From assembly GCA_035605575.1 (NCBI GenBank), contig DASTCJ010000210.1, positions 78,750 to 142,749 of the forward strand: a stretch of DNA of 64,000 nucleotides, read 5' to 3'. Numbering within the stretch: position 1 is the stretch's first letter; each line of letters opens with the position of its first letter. The notes under the pieces are model-generated. The model made no database searches and had not been told where the DNA came from. It worked only from the letters and a program-made list of their open reading frames with translations. The position numbers and the translations under genes were made by a program. This document shows positions 35,917 to 44,799 of this stretch, one piece after another. This DNA comes from Candidatus Methylomirabilota bacterium. GTDB lineage: Bacteria; Methylomirabilota; Methylomirabilia; Rokubacteriales; CSP1-6.

Positions 35917-37692
35917 ATGACATCTGTGCGCCTTCGCTTCGGACTGCTGCCCAAGATGGTCGTGTTCCTGGCCGTCGTTCTCATCCCGCTGGCCGCGATC
36001 ACCTGGTATGTCTCCGTGCAGCGGCTGCGCGCCGAGATGACGGACGAGTTCACGTCGAAAGGAACCGCCATCGCGAACAGCCTGGCCTCCTCCGGCGTCG
36101 ATTTGATCCTCACGCGCGACGCCTCGACCGTGCAGGCACTCATCGACCAGTTCGTGAGCATCAGCGGCGTGCATTACGTCATGGTGTACGACTCGCAGAA
36201 GAACCTCATTGCGCATACGTTCCACCCCGTGGTGCCGCCCGACCTCATCGACAAGAACCTCGTGCCCGGCGACGCCGCCAAGCAGGTGCGCGACGTCGTC
36301 TATCAGCATCCCGTCACCGGTGAGTCGCAGGAGATCATCGACGTCGGCGTGCCGATGCTGGGTGGCCAGCTCGGCACCGTCCGCGTCGGCATGAACAAGG
36401 CGATCATCCACGCCGCTGCCGCCCGGGCGGGCTGGTTCCTGTCCGAGGTGTTCGGCGGCATCGCGCTGCTGGCCGTCCTCGCCGGCGCCATGTTCGCGAC
36501 CCGCCTGACGCAACCGATCAGCGCCATCGTCCGTGTCGCCGAGCACGTCGGTCGCGGAGATCTGTCGCAGACGGTGACCGTCCAGTCGCGCGACGAGATC
36601 GGGCAGCTCGCCCGTACCTTCAACGACACGATCGTGCGGCTGCGGGCCCACGTCACCACCGAGGCCGAACGCGACGAGGAGCGCCGCCGCCGCGAGAGCC
36701 TGCAGGCGAACATCACGCAGTTCCTTGAGACAATGACGGAGATCGCCCAGGGCGATCTGCGCCAGCGCGGCCAGGTGACCCCGGACGTCCTCGGCAACGT
36801 CGTGGACTCCGTGAACGTCATGGTCGAGGAGATCGGCGCCCTCCTCGCCGATGTCCGCCACGCGGCCACGCGCGTGGCCACGAGCGCCGGCGAGATGATC
36901 GGGGCCACCGACCAGGTGGCGCGTGGCGCCGAGACGCAGGCGCGCGACGCCACCACCGTGAGCCGCGAGGTGGAGACGATGACGCGGTCGGTGCGGCAGA
37001 TCGCGTCGAACGCGGGCTCGGCGGCCACCGCCGCGCGCCAGACGCTGCAGGCGGCCACGCGCGGCGAGGACGCCGTGCGCAACAGCCTGTCCGGCATGCA
37101 GCGGATCCGCGGCGAAGTGCAGGTCATCTCGAAGAAGATCAAGAGCCTCGGCGACCGCTCGCTCGAGATCTCGAACATCGTCGACACCATCGAGGAGATC
37201 GCCTCGCACACGAACCTCCTGGCGCTGAACGCGGCCATCGAGGCGGCCGGGGCCGGCGAGTACGGCGCGCGCTTTGCCGTGGTCGCCGATGAGATCCGCA
37301 AGCTCGCCGAGCGCGCGGCCAGCGCCACCAAGGACATCGCCGGCCTCATCCGCTCGGTCCAGACGGAGACGCAGGAGGCGGTCGTGGCGATGGAGGAAGG
37401 TACGCGAGAGGTCGAGGCGGGCTACCAGGTGACCATCAACGCCGAGGAGAGCTTGAAGCAGATCGCCGGCATTTCGCGCACGTCGGCCGAGCTCGCCGAG
37501 GAGATCTCCGGCGTCACTCAGGAGCAGGTGCGCGGCGCCGAAGGCGTGGCCACCGCCATGCGGTCGATCGCCCAGGTCGCCGTACACACCGAGCAGGCGG
37601 TGCTGCAGACGCGCCGGACGGTCGACGATCTCGTGAAAGTCGCCGACGAGCTCACCCGAAGCCTGTCACGGTTCAAGCTGGCGACCGCCTAG
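35917..37692 (+). CDS. Methyl-accepting chemotaxis protein (PilJ-like, two HAMP domains)
   Basis: Two TMs around a periplasmic domain, HAMP1 and HAMP2, signalling tip TNLLALNAAIEAA.AGE.G..FAVVADEIRKLAE. Confidence 0.95.
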   Translation: MTSVRLRFGLLPKMVVFLAVVLIPLAAITWYVSVQRLRAEMTDEFTSKGTAIANSLASSGVDLILTRDASTVQALIDQFVSISGVHYVMVYDSQKNLIAHTFHPVVPPDLIDKNLVPGDAAKQVRDVVYQHPVTGESQEIIDVGVPMLGGQLGTVRVGMNKAIIHAAAARAGWFLSEVFGGIALLAVLAGAMFATRLTQPISAIVRVAEHVGRGDLSQTVTVQSRDEIGQLARTFNDTIVRLRAHVTTEAERDEERRRRESLQANITQFLETMTEIAQGDLRQRGQVTPDVLGNVVDSVNVMVEEIGALLADVRHAATRVATSAGEMIGATDQVARGAETQARDATTVSREVETMTRSVRQIASNAGSAATAARQTLQAATRGEDAVRNSLSGMQRIRGEVQVISKKIKSLGDRSLEISNIVDTIEEIASHTNLLALNAAIEAAGAGEYGARFAVVADEIRKLAERAASATKDIAGLIRSVQTETQEAVVAMEEGTREVEAGYQVTINAEESLKQIAGISRTSAELAEEISGVTQEQVRGAEGVATAMRSIAQVAVHTEQAVLQTRRTVDDLVKVADELTRSLSRFKLATA

Positions 37693-37698
37693 CTGGAC

Positions 37699-40473
37699 AT
37701 GATGGAGTCGGCCGACCGGGAGTTTCTGCGCTCCATCTTTCTGATGGAGGCGTGGGAGACCGTCGCGGCTCTCGAGGATGGCGCGGAGGCGGCCGCCCGC
37801 GGCGACCTGGAGACGCTGTATGTCGTCACCCACCGTCTCAAGGGCGCCGCGTCGCTCTACGGCTTTCCCGCGATCGCCGCGCTCGCCGGCGATCTCGAAG
37901 CCGTCCTCGAGACGACGCCGTTCCCCGCCGTCCGTCTCGCGTCGCTGCTCGCAGATCTCAAGCGCGCGCTGGACTCGCTGCCCGCCGGCACAACGGTGGC
38001 GACCGCCGTGCAACCGGCCGCCGCGCCGTCTGCGCACGAGAGCGGTGATGCCGCCGACTCGGTGCTCGACGACCCGATCCGCCGCGAGCTCGCGGAGTTC
38101 TTCGCCGCCAACGTCGACGTCGCAGCGTATTTCGTGCCGGAGGCGACCGAGCATCTGGAGGCGATCGCGACGGCGCTCCTCGCGCTCGAGCGCGGCGGCG
38201 GCGAGGACGAGCTGGCGCGGTTGTTCCGCTCGATGCACACGATCAAGGGCGCCGCCTACGTCGTCGGCTGCGTGCGCATCGGTGAGCTGGCCCATCGCGC
38301 CGAGGATTTGCTGGTCGCGGTGCGCGAAGGCGAGGCGACGCTGTCGCCGCCGGCTCTCGAGGCGTTGTTTGCCGCGGTGGACGTCCTGAAGCTCATGCTT
38401 GGCATCAATGCGAATCCGACGGCGTCCATGACGACGCTGGCCGCGGACGTCGGCGGCCGGCTGGAGGCACTGCTCGCATCGCCGCCGACCCCGCGTGCAA
38501 TGGACGCGGCACCGGTGCCGCCGGCACCGGCCATGGCGGATACGCGTGTCGAGGCGCTGGTACCGGCGCGCGCGGCGCGGCGCCGCGCGCCGGCCTCGAG
38601 CGCGACGCCGCGGCGCGCGCCACGACAGACGATTCGCGTCAACCTCGAGCGCCTCGATGCGCTCATGGACCTGATCGGCGAGCTCGTGACCGGGCGCAGT
38701 CGCGTCGACCGCCGCCTCGACGAGCTGGATCGCGTGTCGGCATCGCTGTTCGCCAGTCGCGCCCGCCTGGCCGAGGCCGTGAGCGAGTTCGAGCGCCGGC
38801 AGCTCGACCCGCGACGCGCCAGCGTCGCGAAGCCAGCGGCGCCGGTCAAGCCGACCGTGATCGGCCAAAGCGGTCTATCAGTGGCCGAGATGTTCGCGGA
38901 GCTGGAGTTCGATCGGTACGACGACGCCGGCATGTTCGCCCGCAGCATCGCCGAGATCGCCTCGGACATCGCGGAGCTCCAGGCCGAGCTCGTCGGGGTG
39001 AACCGCGCGCTGCGTGACGACGTGGCCCAGGTGCACCGGCTGACGGCCGCCATTCGCGGCGAGATCGGTCGCGCGCGGCTGGTGCCCGTCGGCAATCTGT
39101 TCACGCGGTTCGTCCGTCAGGGCAAGGAAGCAGCCCGCGCGGCCGGCAAGCAGGTGCAGATCGAGACGCTCGGCGAGACGGTCGAGCTGGATACGTCGGT
39201 CATCGAGCAGATCGTGGACCCGCTGCTGCACCTCGTGCAGAACGCCATCGGGCATGGCATCGAGTCGGTGGACGAGCGGCGCGCTCGCGGGAAGCCGCCG
39301 ATCGGCGCCGTCACGCTGTCGGCGACGCATCAGGGCGGCGCCGTCGTGCTGGAGGTCGCCGACGACGGGCGCGGAATCGATACCGACCTCGTACGGCGCC
39401 GCGCGGTGGCGCGCGGATTCGTCAGCGCGGACAACGCGGCCGCCCTCAGCGATCGCGAGGCCATCGACCTCATCTTCCTGCCCGGCTTCAGCACCGCGAC
39501 CGCCGTGACGACGGCATCGGGTCGTGGCGTGGGCATGGATGTCGTTCGCACCAACGTTCGGCGACTGAACGGCGAGGTCGACGTGGCGTCGACCCCGGGC
39601 GAGGGCACGCGCTTCACGCTTCGGCTGCCCCTCACCGTGCTCGTGTCGGAGGCGCTGCTCGTGAGCGCCGGCGGCGAAACGTTCGCCGCTCCCCTGAACT
39701 CCGTGCAGCTGGTGACGGCCGTTTCCCCCGAGCGCGTCCGACCCGGGGTGCAGGGCGAAACGCTGAGCCTCGCCGAGGACACCGTCGATCTGGTGAGCCT
39801 GGCGACCATCCTTGGATTGCCGGAACCGCCGCGCGGTGCCCGTCGCCCCGCGGTGGTGCTGCGGGCGGCCGGACGCTCGCTCGGCGTCGAAGTGGACCAG
39901 CTCCTGCACAAGCAGGACATCGTCATCAAGCCGCTGGGGGCGTTTCTCGAGGGCGCCGGTCCGTACGCCGGGGCCACGGTCACTGCCGACGGCCGCGTGG
40001 TGCTGCTCCTCGACGCGCTGGGTGTCGCCGAGCAGGCCGCGCGCCGCGCGCGCGCCGAGCGCGCCGCGCCCTTGGCCGTCGATGCGACCAGCCGCCCGGC
40101 CGCGCGCAAGCGGGTGCTCCTCGTGGACGACTCGATCAGCGTGCGGCGGTTCGTCGGCCAGATGCTCGAGAAAGCGGGCTTCGAGGTCACCACCGCCGCC
40201 GATGGTGCCGACGCGATCGCCCGTGTCGGCGAGGGCGGTCGTTTCGACGTCGTCGTGACCGACCTCGAGATGCCGCGTGTGAATGGGTACGAGCTCATCG
40301 ACGATCTGCGCCGGCGCCCGTCCACGCGGGGGCTGCCGGTGATCGTCCTGACGACTCGCGCCGGCGACAAGCACGTCGCGCTTGCCCGGGACCTCGGTGT
40401 CGACCACTACGTCACGAAGCCGGTCGAGGAACGGACGTTCGTGTCCCTTGTGAGCTCGGTGGTGCACGGGTGA
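37699..40473 (+). CDS. cheA: Hybrid CheA/ChpA-like kinase (Hpt-Hpt-dimerisation-HATPase-CheW-REC)
   Basis: Hpt1 THRLKGAA, Hpt2 MHTIKGAA, RVNLERLD.LM.L.GEL, HLVQNAIGHGIE, DDGRG, LPGFSTA...SGRGVGMDVV, CheW domain, C-terminal REC (VTDLEMP..NG, KP). Confidence 0.95.
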   Translation: MMESADREFLRSIFLMEAWETVAALEDGAEAAARGDLETLYVVTHRLKGAASLYGFPAIAALAGDLEAVLETTPFPAVRLASLLADLKRALDSLPAGTTVATAVQPAAAPSAHESGDAADSVLDDPIRRELAEFFAANVDVAAYFVPEATEHLEAIATALLALERGGGEDELARLFRSMHTIKGAAYVVGCVRIGELAHRAEDLLVAVREGEATLSPPALEALFAAVDVLKLMLGINANPTASMTTLAADVGGRLEALLASPPTPRAMDAAPVPPAPAMADTRVEALVPARAARRRAPASSATPRRAPRQTIRVNLERLDALMDLIGELVTGRSRVDRRLDELDRVSASLFASRARLAEAVSEFERRQLDPRRASVAKPAAPVKPTVIGQSGLSVAEMFAELEFDRYDDAGMFARSIAEIASDIAELQAELVGVNRALRDDVAQVHRLTAAIRGEIGRARLVPVGNLFTRFVRQGKEAARAAGKQVQIETLGETVELDTSVIEQIVDPLLHLVQNAIGHGIESVDERRARGKPPIGAVTLSATHQGGAVVLEVADDGRGIDTDLVRRRAVARGFVSADNAAALSDREAIDLIFLPGFSTATAVTTASGRGVGMDVVRTNVRRLNGEVDVASTPGEGTRFTLRLPLTVLVSEALLVSAGGETFAAPLNSVQLVTAVSPERVRPGVQGETLSLAEDTVDLVSLATILGLPEPPRGARRPAVVLRAAGRSLGVEVDQLLHKQDIVIKPLGAFLEGAGPYAGATVTADGRVVLLLDALGVAEQAARRARAERAAPLAVDATSRPAARKRVLLVDDSISVRRFVGQMLEKAGFEVTTAADGADAIARVGEGGRFDVVVTDLEMPRVNGYELIDDLRRRPSTRGLPVIVLTTRAGDKHVALARDLGVDHYVTKPVEERTFVSLVSSVVHG

Positions 40474-41507
40474 AAGTCTTGATCGTCGACCCCGACGCCG
40501 CGCGCGCGGCGACGGTGGCCGCGGCGTTCACCGCCAATGGCGCGCAGCCCACCGTCGCGCCGAGTGCCTCGTTCGCGCTCACGATGCTCGAGTGGAATCG
40601 GCAGGACGTGATCATCAGCCGCTCGCAGCTCGGCGACATGGACGCGCACGAGCTGTGCTCCATGGTGCGTGGCGACCCCTCGACGGTTGGCGTGAGCTTC
40701 GTCCTGATCGCCAGCCCCATTCCGACCTCGCAGATGTCGCTGACGGGGGTCGATCTCGTCATTCCGGATGGACTCGTCGGTCCGGCGATCGTCACGCGCG
40801 TGACGCATCTGATGCGACGCAAGGCGCCGAGCAGCGCTGCCCTGCCATCGGCGCTGCCCGCGGCGCCCGCCAGGCCGCCCGCGGTCACGCCGGTGGCGCC
40901 GCTGGTGACAGAGCCGCTGTCGCTGACGCCCACACCGCCGGCAACGTCGATCCCCGCGCCAACGGACCCGGTCGTCGCGGCGCCCGCGGTGCCGACGCTC
41001 GTCGCATTGCCGCCAGCCGTCTCGAGTGCGCCGCCCGCTCCGCCATCACCGGTCGCGCCCGCGGCCACGCCGCCGGTCGTGGCGCCGACGGCCGGCGTCA
41101 TGCTGAAGGGGGCGGCGCCGCCACCGCCTCCGCTCACCGAGCTGGAAGCGGTCGGGATGAACGGCGCCATGCGGACGTTTCAGGGCGCGCTCGGAGCGCT
41201 CGCGCTCGAAGATATCGCGCGGGCCATCGTCAAGGGCACCAAGACGGGGCGCCTGCTCGTCGTGCTCGGCACCGGCGGCGGCATGTTGGCGTTCGAGAGC
41301 GGTCGCATCGTGCACGCCGAGATCGGCAACACCACCGGCGAGACCGCGTTCCGGTCGCTGCTGGCCGCGTCGCATGGCGACGCCGGCGGCAAATTCTGCT
41401 TCATTCCATCGTCGCCACGCGATCTCGCCAACGTCCCGAAGACGATTACTCGCACGGTGGCCGAGCTTCTGGCCGGCGCCGCCGAGGCGACGAACGAGGA
41501 GAGATAA
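40470..41507 (+). CDS. Pseudo-receiver + Pro/Ala-rich linker + DUF4388 (PATAN-like) protein
   Basis: REC-like N-terminus (KVLIVDPD, DVIISRSQL). C-terminal FQG.L..L.L.DI.......KTG.L.V......G.L.F..G.I.HA......GE.AF..L....G.F.F. Confidence 0.75.
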   Translation: MKVLIVDPDAARAATVAAAFTANGAQPTVAPSASFALTMLEWNRQDVIISRSQLGDMDAHELCSMVRGDPSTVGVSFVLIASPIPTSQMSLTGVDLVIPDGLVGPAIVTRVTHLMRRKAPSSAALPSALPAAPARPPAVTPVAPLVTEPLSLTPTPPATSIPAPTDPVVAAPAVPTLVALPPAVSSAPPAPPSPVAPAATPPVVAPTAGVMLKGAAPPPPPLTELEAVGMNGAMRTFQGALGALALEDIARAIVKGTKTGRLLVVLGTGGGMLAFESGRIVHAEIGNTTGETAFRSLLAASHGDAGGKFCFIPSSPRDLANVPKTITRTVAELLAGAAEATNEER

Positions 41508-41510
41508 ACC

Positions 41511-42470
41511 ATGCCCAAGGTCCTGGTCATCGACGACAGCGTCAGCGTGCGGAAGGTCGTGGAGCGCGCGCTGGCGGGAAGGCAGGTCGACGTCACCTGC
41601 GCAGCGTCGGGCACCGACGCGCTGGAGTGCATGGAGCGCGATGCCCCGGACGTCATCATCTGCGACGTCGTCATGCCGGATCGTGACGGCTACGAGATCT
41701 GCGAGTTCGTGAAGAAGCATCCGCGACTGGGCGAGATTCCGGTGCTGCTGATGTCGGGCATCGTGAACGACGAGGTCAAGCAGCGGGCGGCGCGCGCCCG
41801 TTCCGAGGGAGTGCTGGCCAAGCCGTTCGCCGCCGAGGATCTGCTCAAGCGTCTGGAGACACTCGTCGGTCCGCTCGCGCCGCGCGTGGCCGAGGCGACG
41901 ACGCCGAACGCTCCGGCGCCGTCGCCCGCCGTCGACGCGATACCGACGTTGATGCCGGTCTCCACACTGTCGGTGCCGCCGATCGAGCCGCTCAAGTCGA
42001 CACCGCCGAAGCCGGCGCCGGCGGTACCGGCGGTCGCCGCCGACATCACGCCATCCGACTCTGCACGTCGCGTGGCCGAGCCCGTGGCCATCGCGCCGAC
42101 GTCGGCGGTGGCCGCACCGACCGACGCGGCGGCCGCCGTCCTCGCGCAGTTCACCGCGATGAACGGCGTGCAGTGGGCGGTGTTGTCGGATCGCGAGGGC
42201 TTCGTGGTCGAGGCGACCACCAACGCCGGCGTCGATGCCGATGTCGCGGCCGCGCTGAGCGCGTGTCTGGCCGAGTCGTCGGACGGGCTCGGCAAGGAGC
42301 TTGGCCGGGGTGGCCTGCACAGCATCATGCTCGAGTACGAGAAGGGCATGGTGATCGTCTACAGCGCCGGCCTCGGGCTGCTCGCCGTCGGTATGAGCGA
42401 GCCCGCCGTCCTCGGCAAGGTGCGCTACTTCGCCAAGAAGGCGCTGCCGGAGCTGATGCGGTCGGTGTGA
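41511..42470 (+). CDS. Response regulator + Pro/Ala-rich linker + Roadblock/LC7 domain
   Basis: Intact REC (IDDS, CDVVMP, KPF). C-terminal L......GV..AVL.DREGFVV, AAL.A.L......G.EL..G.L..I.LEY..G.V. Confidence 0.85.
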   Translation: MPKVLVIDDSVSVRKVVERALAGRQVDVTCAASGTDALECMERDAPDVIICDVVMPDRDGYEICEFVKKHPRLGEIPVLLMSGIVNDEVKQRAARARSEGVLAKPFAAEDLLKRLETLVGPLAPRVAEATTPNAPAPSPAVDAIPTLMPVSTLSVPPIEPLKSTPPKPAPAVPAVAADITPSDSARRVAEPVAIAPTSAVAAPTDAAAAVLAQFTAMNGVQWAVLSDREGFVVEATTNAGVDADVAAALSACLAESSDGLGKELGRGGLHSIMLEYEKGMVIVYSAGLGLLAVGMSEPAVLGKVRYFAKKALPELMRSV

Positions 42471-44356
42471 TGCCGCGCTATCGCAAGTCGGAAACCCGTT
42501 GGGTGCATGCGGCATGCGTCGCGGGCGGCTATCTCGTCTGCGTCGCGGGCCTGTTCACCCTGCAGGCCGGCGCCGGCTTGAACGTGCCGATCTCGGTGGC
42601 GGTGTCGGCGCCGCCCCTGGTGTATGCGGCGTTGGCGGTGCTGCTGCTGCGGGAGGCCGCCTTCGTCCGACGCCTCTCCTGGCTCGGCGGTGCCTGTCTC
42701 GTGCACGTCGTTCTCGCCGGGCTGGCGGCGACGGAGCTCGCCTGGGCCGGCGGCCTGTCGCTCGGCAACGCTCTCGCGCAGGTGTTCGTACTGTTCCCTC
42801 CCGCCCCGCTGCTCACGCTGATCGCGACGCCGCTGATCCTCGCGACATTCGGGATGACCGCGTCCAGACCGGCGCCCCGTTCTGACGCCGCCGCGCCGCG
42901 GTTGGCGACCGGCACGCGATCCAGGGGCGTCATTCCGTCTCCGCGCGCTGCCGGCGCCGCGGCCGAGAGCGCGCCGACTGCCGCGCGGACGATCGCGCCA
43001 CCGACCACCCGCGTGGCTCCTTCCGTCGTGCCGATCGCCTCGACGCCGTCGCCCACGACACCGCCGGCCGTCGTTGCGCCGGCACCGACGGCGCCGCGCA
43101 CGAATCCACCGTCGAAGCCCGGCCGAGCGGCCAACGACGGCATGGTGCGCGTGCCGTTCGACCGAATCGCCGCGCAGCTTCCCGCCGAGGCATTCGTGCT
43201 GCCGTTCGAGCGACTTGGGGAAAGCCTCCGCGAGCCGCATGTGATCCTCGTCCCGCGGCGCGTCGTGCTCTCGCAGATGCGCGACGGCGCGGTCGTCATC
43301 ACGTGGGCGCACATCGCATCGCAGTTTCCGGACCTCGCGCTTGGAATGACGGGCGACCAGTTCCGAAAGGAATATCCCGATCTCAAATTCGTGCTGCCCG
43401 TGGACGAGCTGGACGCTCAGCTCACGCCCGACGCCGTCGGCACCGCGCCGGTCTCGGCGCCGTTGCCGGTCGTGGCGCCGAAACCGTCCGCGGTCCCCGC
43501 GCGAGCAGACGTCACGCCGACCCCGGCCGCGACAGTGGAGGCGCCCGCGTCGTCGCGGGCGCCCGCGGCGGCCAGCACCACGCCGGCTGCACGCGCGTTG
43601 CCCCGATCCGCACCGAGTTCACCACCGCCGGCGGAGATGATGGATCGCGGGACGCTGGCGCGCATCGTCGCCTGCTTCAGCGGGGTCGGCACGTTCGAAG
43701 CTGCGGCCGAGCGGAACGCGGGCACCGTGGCCGTGGTACTGGTCGAGCCAGGGGTGTCGCGCGAAGCGGCCATCGCCTGCGCCGGCCGGCTCCTGCCGTT
43801 CGTCGCGGGCGTTTCCGCCGACGTCGTCACGCTGCGTACCGAACGAACGGTGCTGGTGCTTGCCGCCGCGTCAGCACCGATCGTCGTTGCCGTGCATCGG
43901 CCCAACGCCTCGGTCGCGCTACTGGCGCTTCGAGCGCTGAGCGCTGCCGCCATTGCGGGCACCATCCCGCCGGCCACTCCAGCGCCACCGCGTCGCGATC
44001 TCGAGCCGATGGGATCCGATGATCGTGTGGCGCGCGCGGCGCTGGCGCTGCGGACTTTTGGCGGCGCCGAGCCGACCGTCTTCGCCGACGCGAGCGGGCG
44101 TGTGTACGTCTTCAGCGGCGGCGGAGGCGATGACAAGGGCGTGGCGGCCCTGGCTCTCGGTGTCGTCGAGGCACTCGGCGATGGCGGTGAGCTCGGGGCT
44201 CCGGTCACCGTGGTGTTCCGGCGCGGCGCCGAGCAGACGGTGATCCGTCCGCTCTCCGGGCGCGCGGGCGTTCTCGCCGCCACGGGCGTGGTGACGCGGC
44301 CGGGCCGCGCCCTGCGGGATGCCGAGCGGGCGGCGGCGGTCCTCGAGACGCGCTGA
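42470..44356 (+). CDS. Hypothetical 628-aa membrane-anchored scaffold (N-terminal TM bundle, Pro-rich linkers, internal repeat domain, two probable degenerate Roadblock-like domains)
   Basis: ATG shares one base with the upstream stop, and its own stop shares one base with the downstream ATG. Domain calls come from visual secondary-structure patterning only. Confidence 0.7.
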   Translation: MPRYRKSETRWVHAACVAGGYLVCVAGLFTLQAGAGLNVPISVAVSAPPLVYAALAVLLLREAAFVRRLSWLGGACLVHVVLAGLAATELAWAGGLSLGNALAQVFVLFPPAPLLTLIATPLILATFGMTASRPAPRSDAAAPRLATGTRSRGVIPSPRAAGAAAESAPTAARTIAPPTTRVAPSVVPIASTPSPTTPPAVVAPAPTAPRTNPPSKPGRAANDGMVRVPFDRIAAQLPAEAFVLPFERLGESLREPHVILVPRRVVLSQMRDGAVVITWAHIASQFPDLALGMTGDQFRKEYPDLKFVLPVDELDAQLTPDAVGTAPVSAPLPVVAPKPSAVPARADVTPTPAATVEAPASSRAPAAASTTPAARALPRSAPSSPPPAEMMDRGTLARIVACFSGVGTFEAAAERNAGTVAVVLVEPGVSREAAIACAGRLLPFVAGVSADVVTLRTERTVLVLAAASAPIVVAVHRPNASVALLALRALSAAAIAGTIPPATPAPPRRDLEPMGSDDRVARAALALRTFGGAEPTVFADASGRVYVFSGGGGDDKGVAALALGVVEALGDGGELGAPVTVVFRRGAEQTVIRPLSGRAGVLAATGVVTRPGRALRDAERAAAVLETR

Positions 44357-44799
44357 TGAGCGCGCGCCTCGCCATCGGCGACGGAGACATGGGGAAGGTC
44401 CAAGCGCTCCTGGAGCGCCTGCTCGCGGACACCGGTTGCGCTGCCGTCGTGCTGAGCGGCCGTGACGGCGCATCGCTTGCCACTGCTGGCGCCGCCCGCG
44501 CGCTCGACGTCGTGTCGATGACGGCGCTGGCGGCCGGCGGCTTCAGCTCGACGGCGCCGCTGGCCCGGCTCCTCGGGGAGCGCGAGTTCTCCGTCCTCAT
44601 TCACGAAGGGGTGCGCCAGAGCCTGCACGTGAGCGCCGTCGACGACGCGACGATCCTGGTGGCGGTGTTCGACGAGCGGACGACGGTCGGAATGGTTCGC
44701 GTCTTCGCGCGCGAAGCAGCGGCTAAGCTCGCCACCATCCTCGACGAAACGCGAGCGGGATCGGGCCATGCGCGCCGATCGGGGCCGGGCGAGACGTGA
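44356..44799 (+). CDS. mglB: MglB-like Roadblock/LC7 protein
   Basis: Aligns by eye with Myxococcus MglB: L.RL..D.....V.L....G..L..AG....D..S...L.AG.......LA.L.GE.EF....HEG...SL....V....LV..FD.RT..G.VR. Confidence 0.8.
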   Translation: MSARLAIGDGDMGKVQALLERLLADTGCAAVVLSGRDGASLATAGAARALDVVSMTALAAGGFSSTAPLARLLGEREFSVLIHEGVRQSLHVSAVDDATILVAVFDERTTVGMVRVFAREAAAKLATILDETRAGSGHARRSGPGET

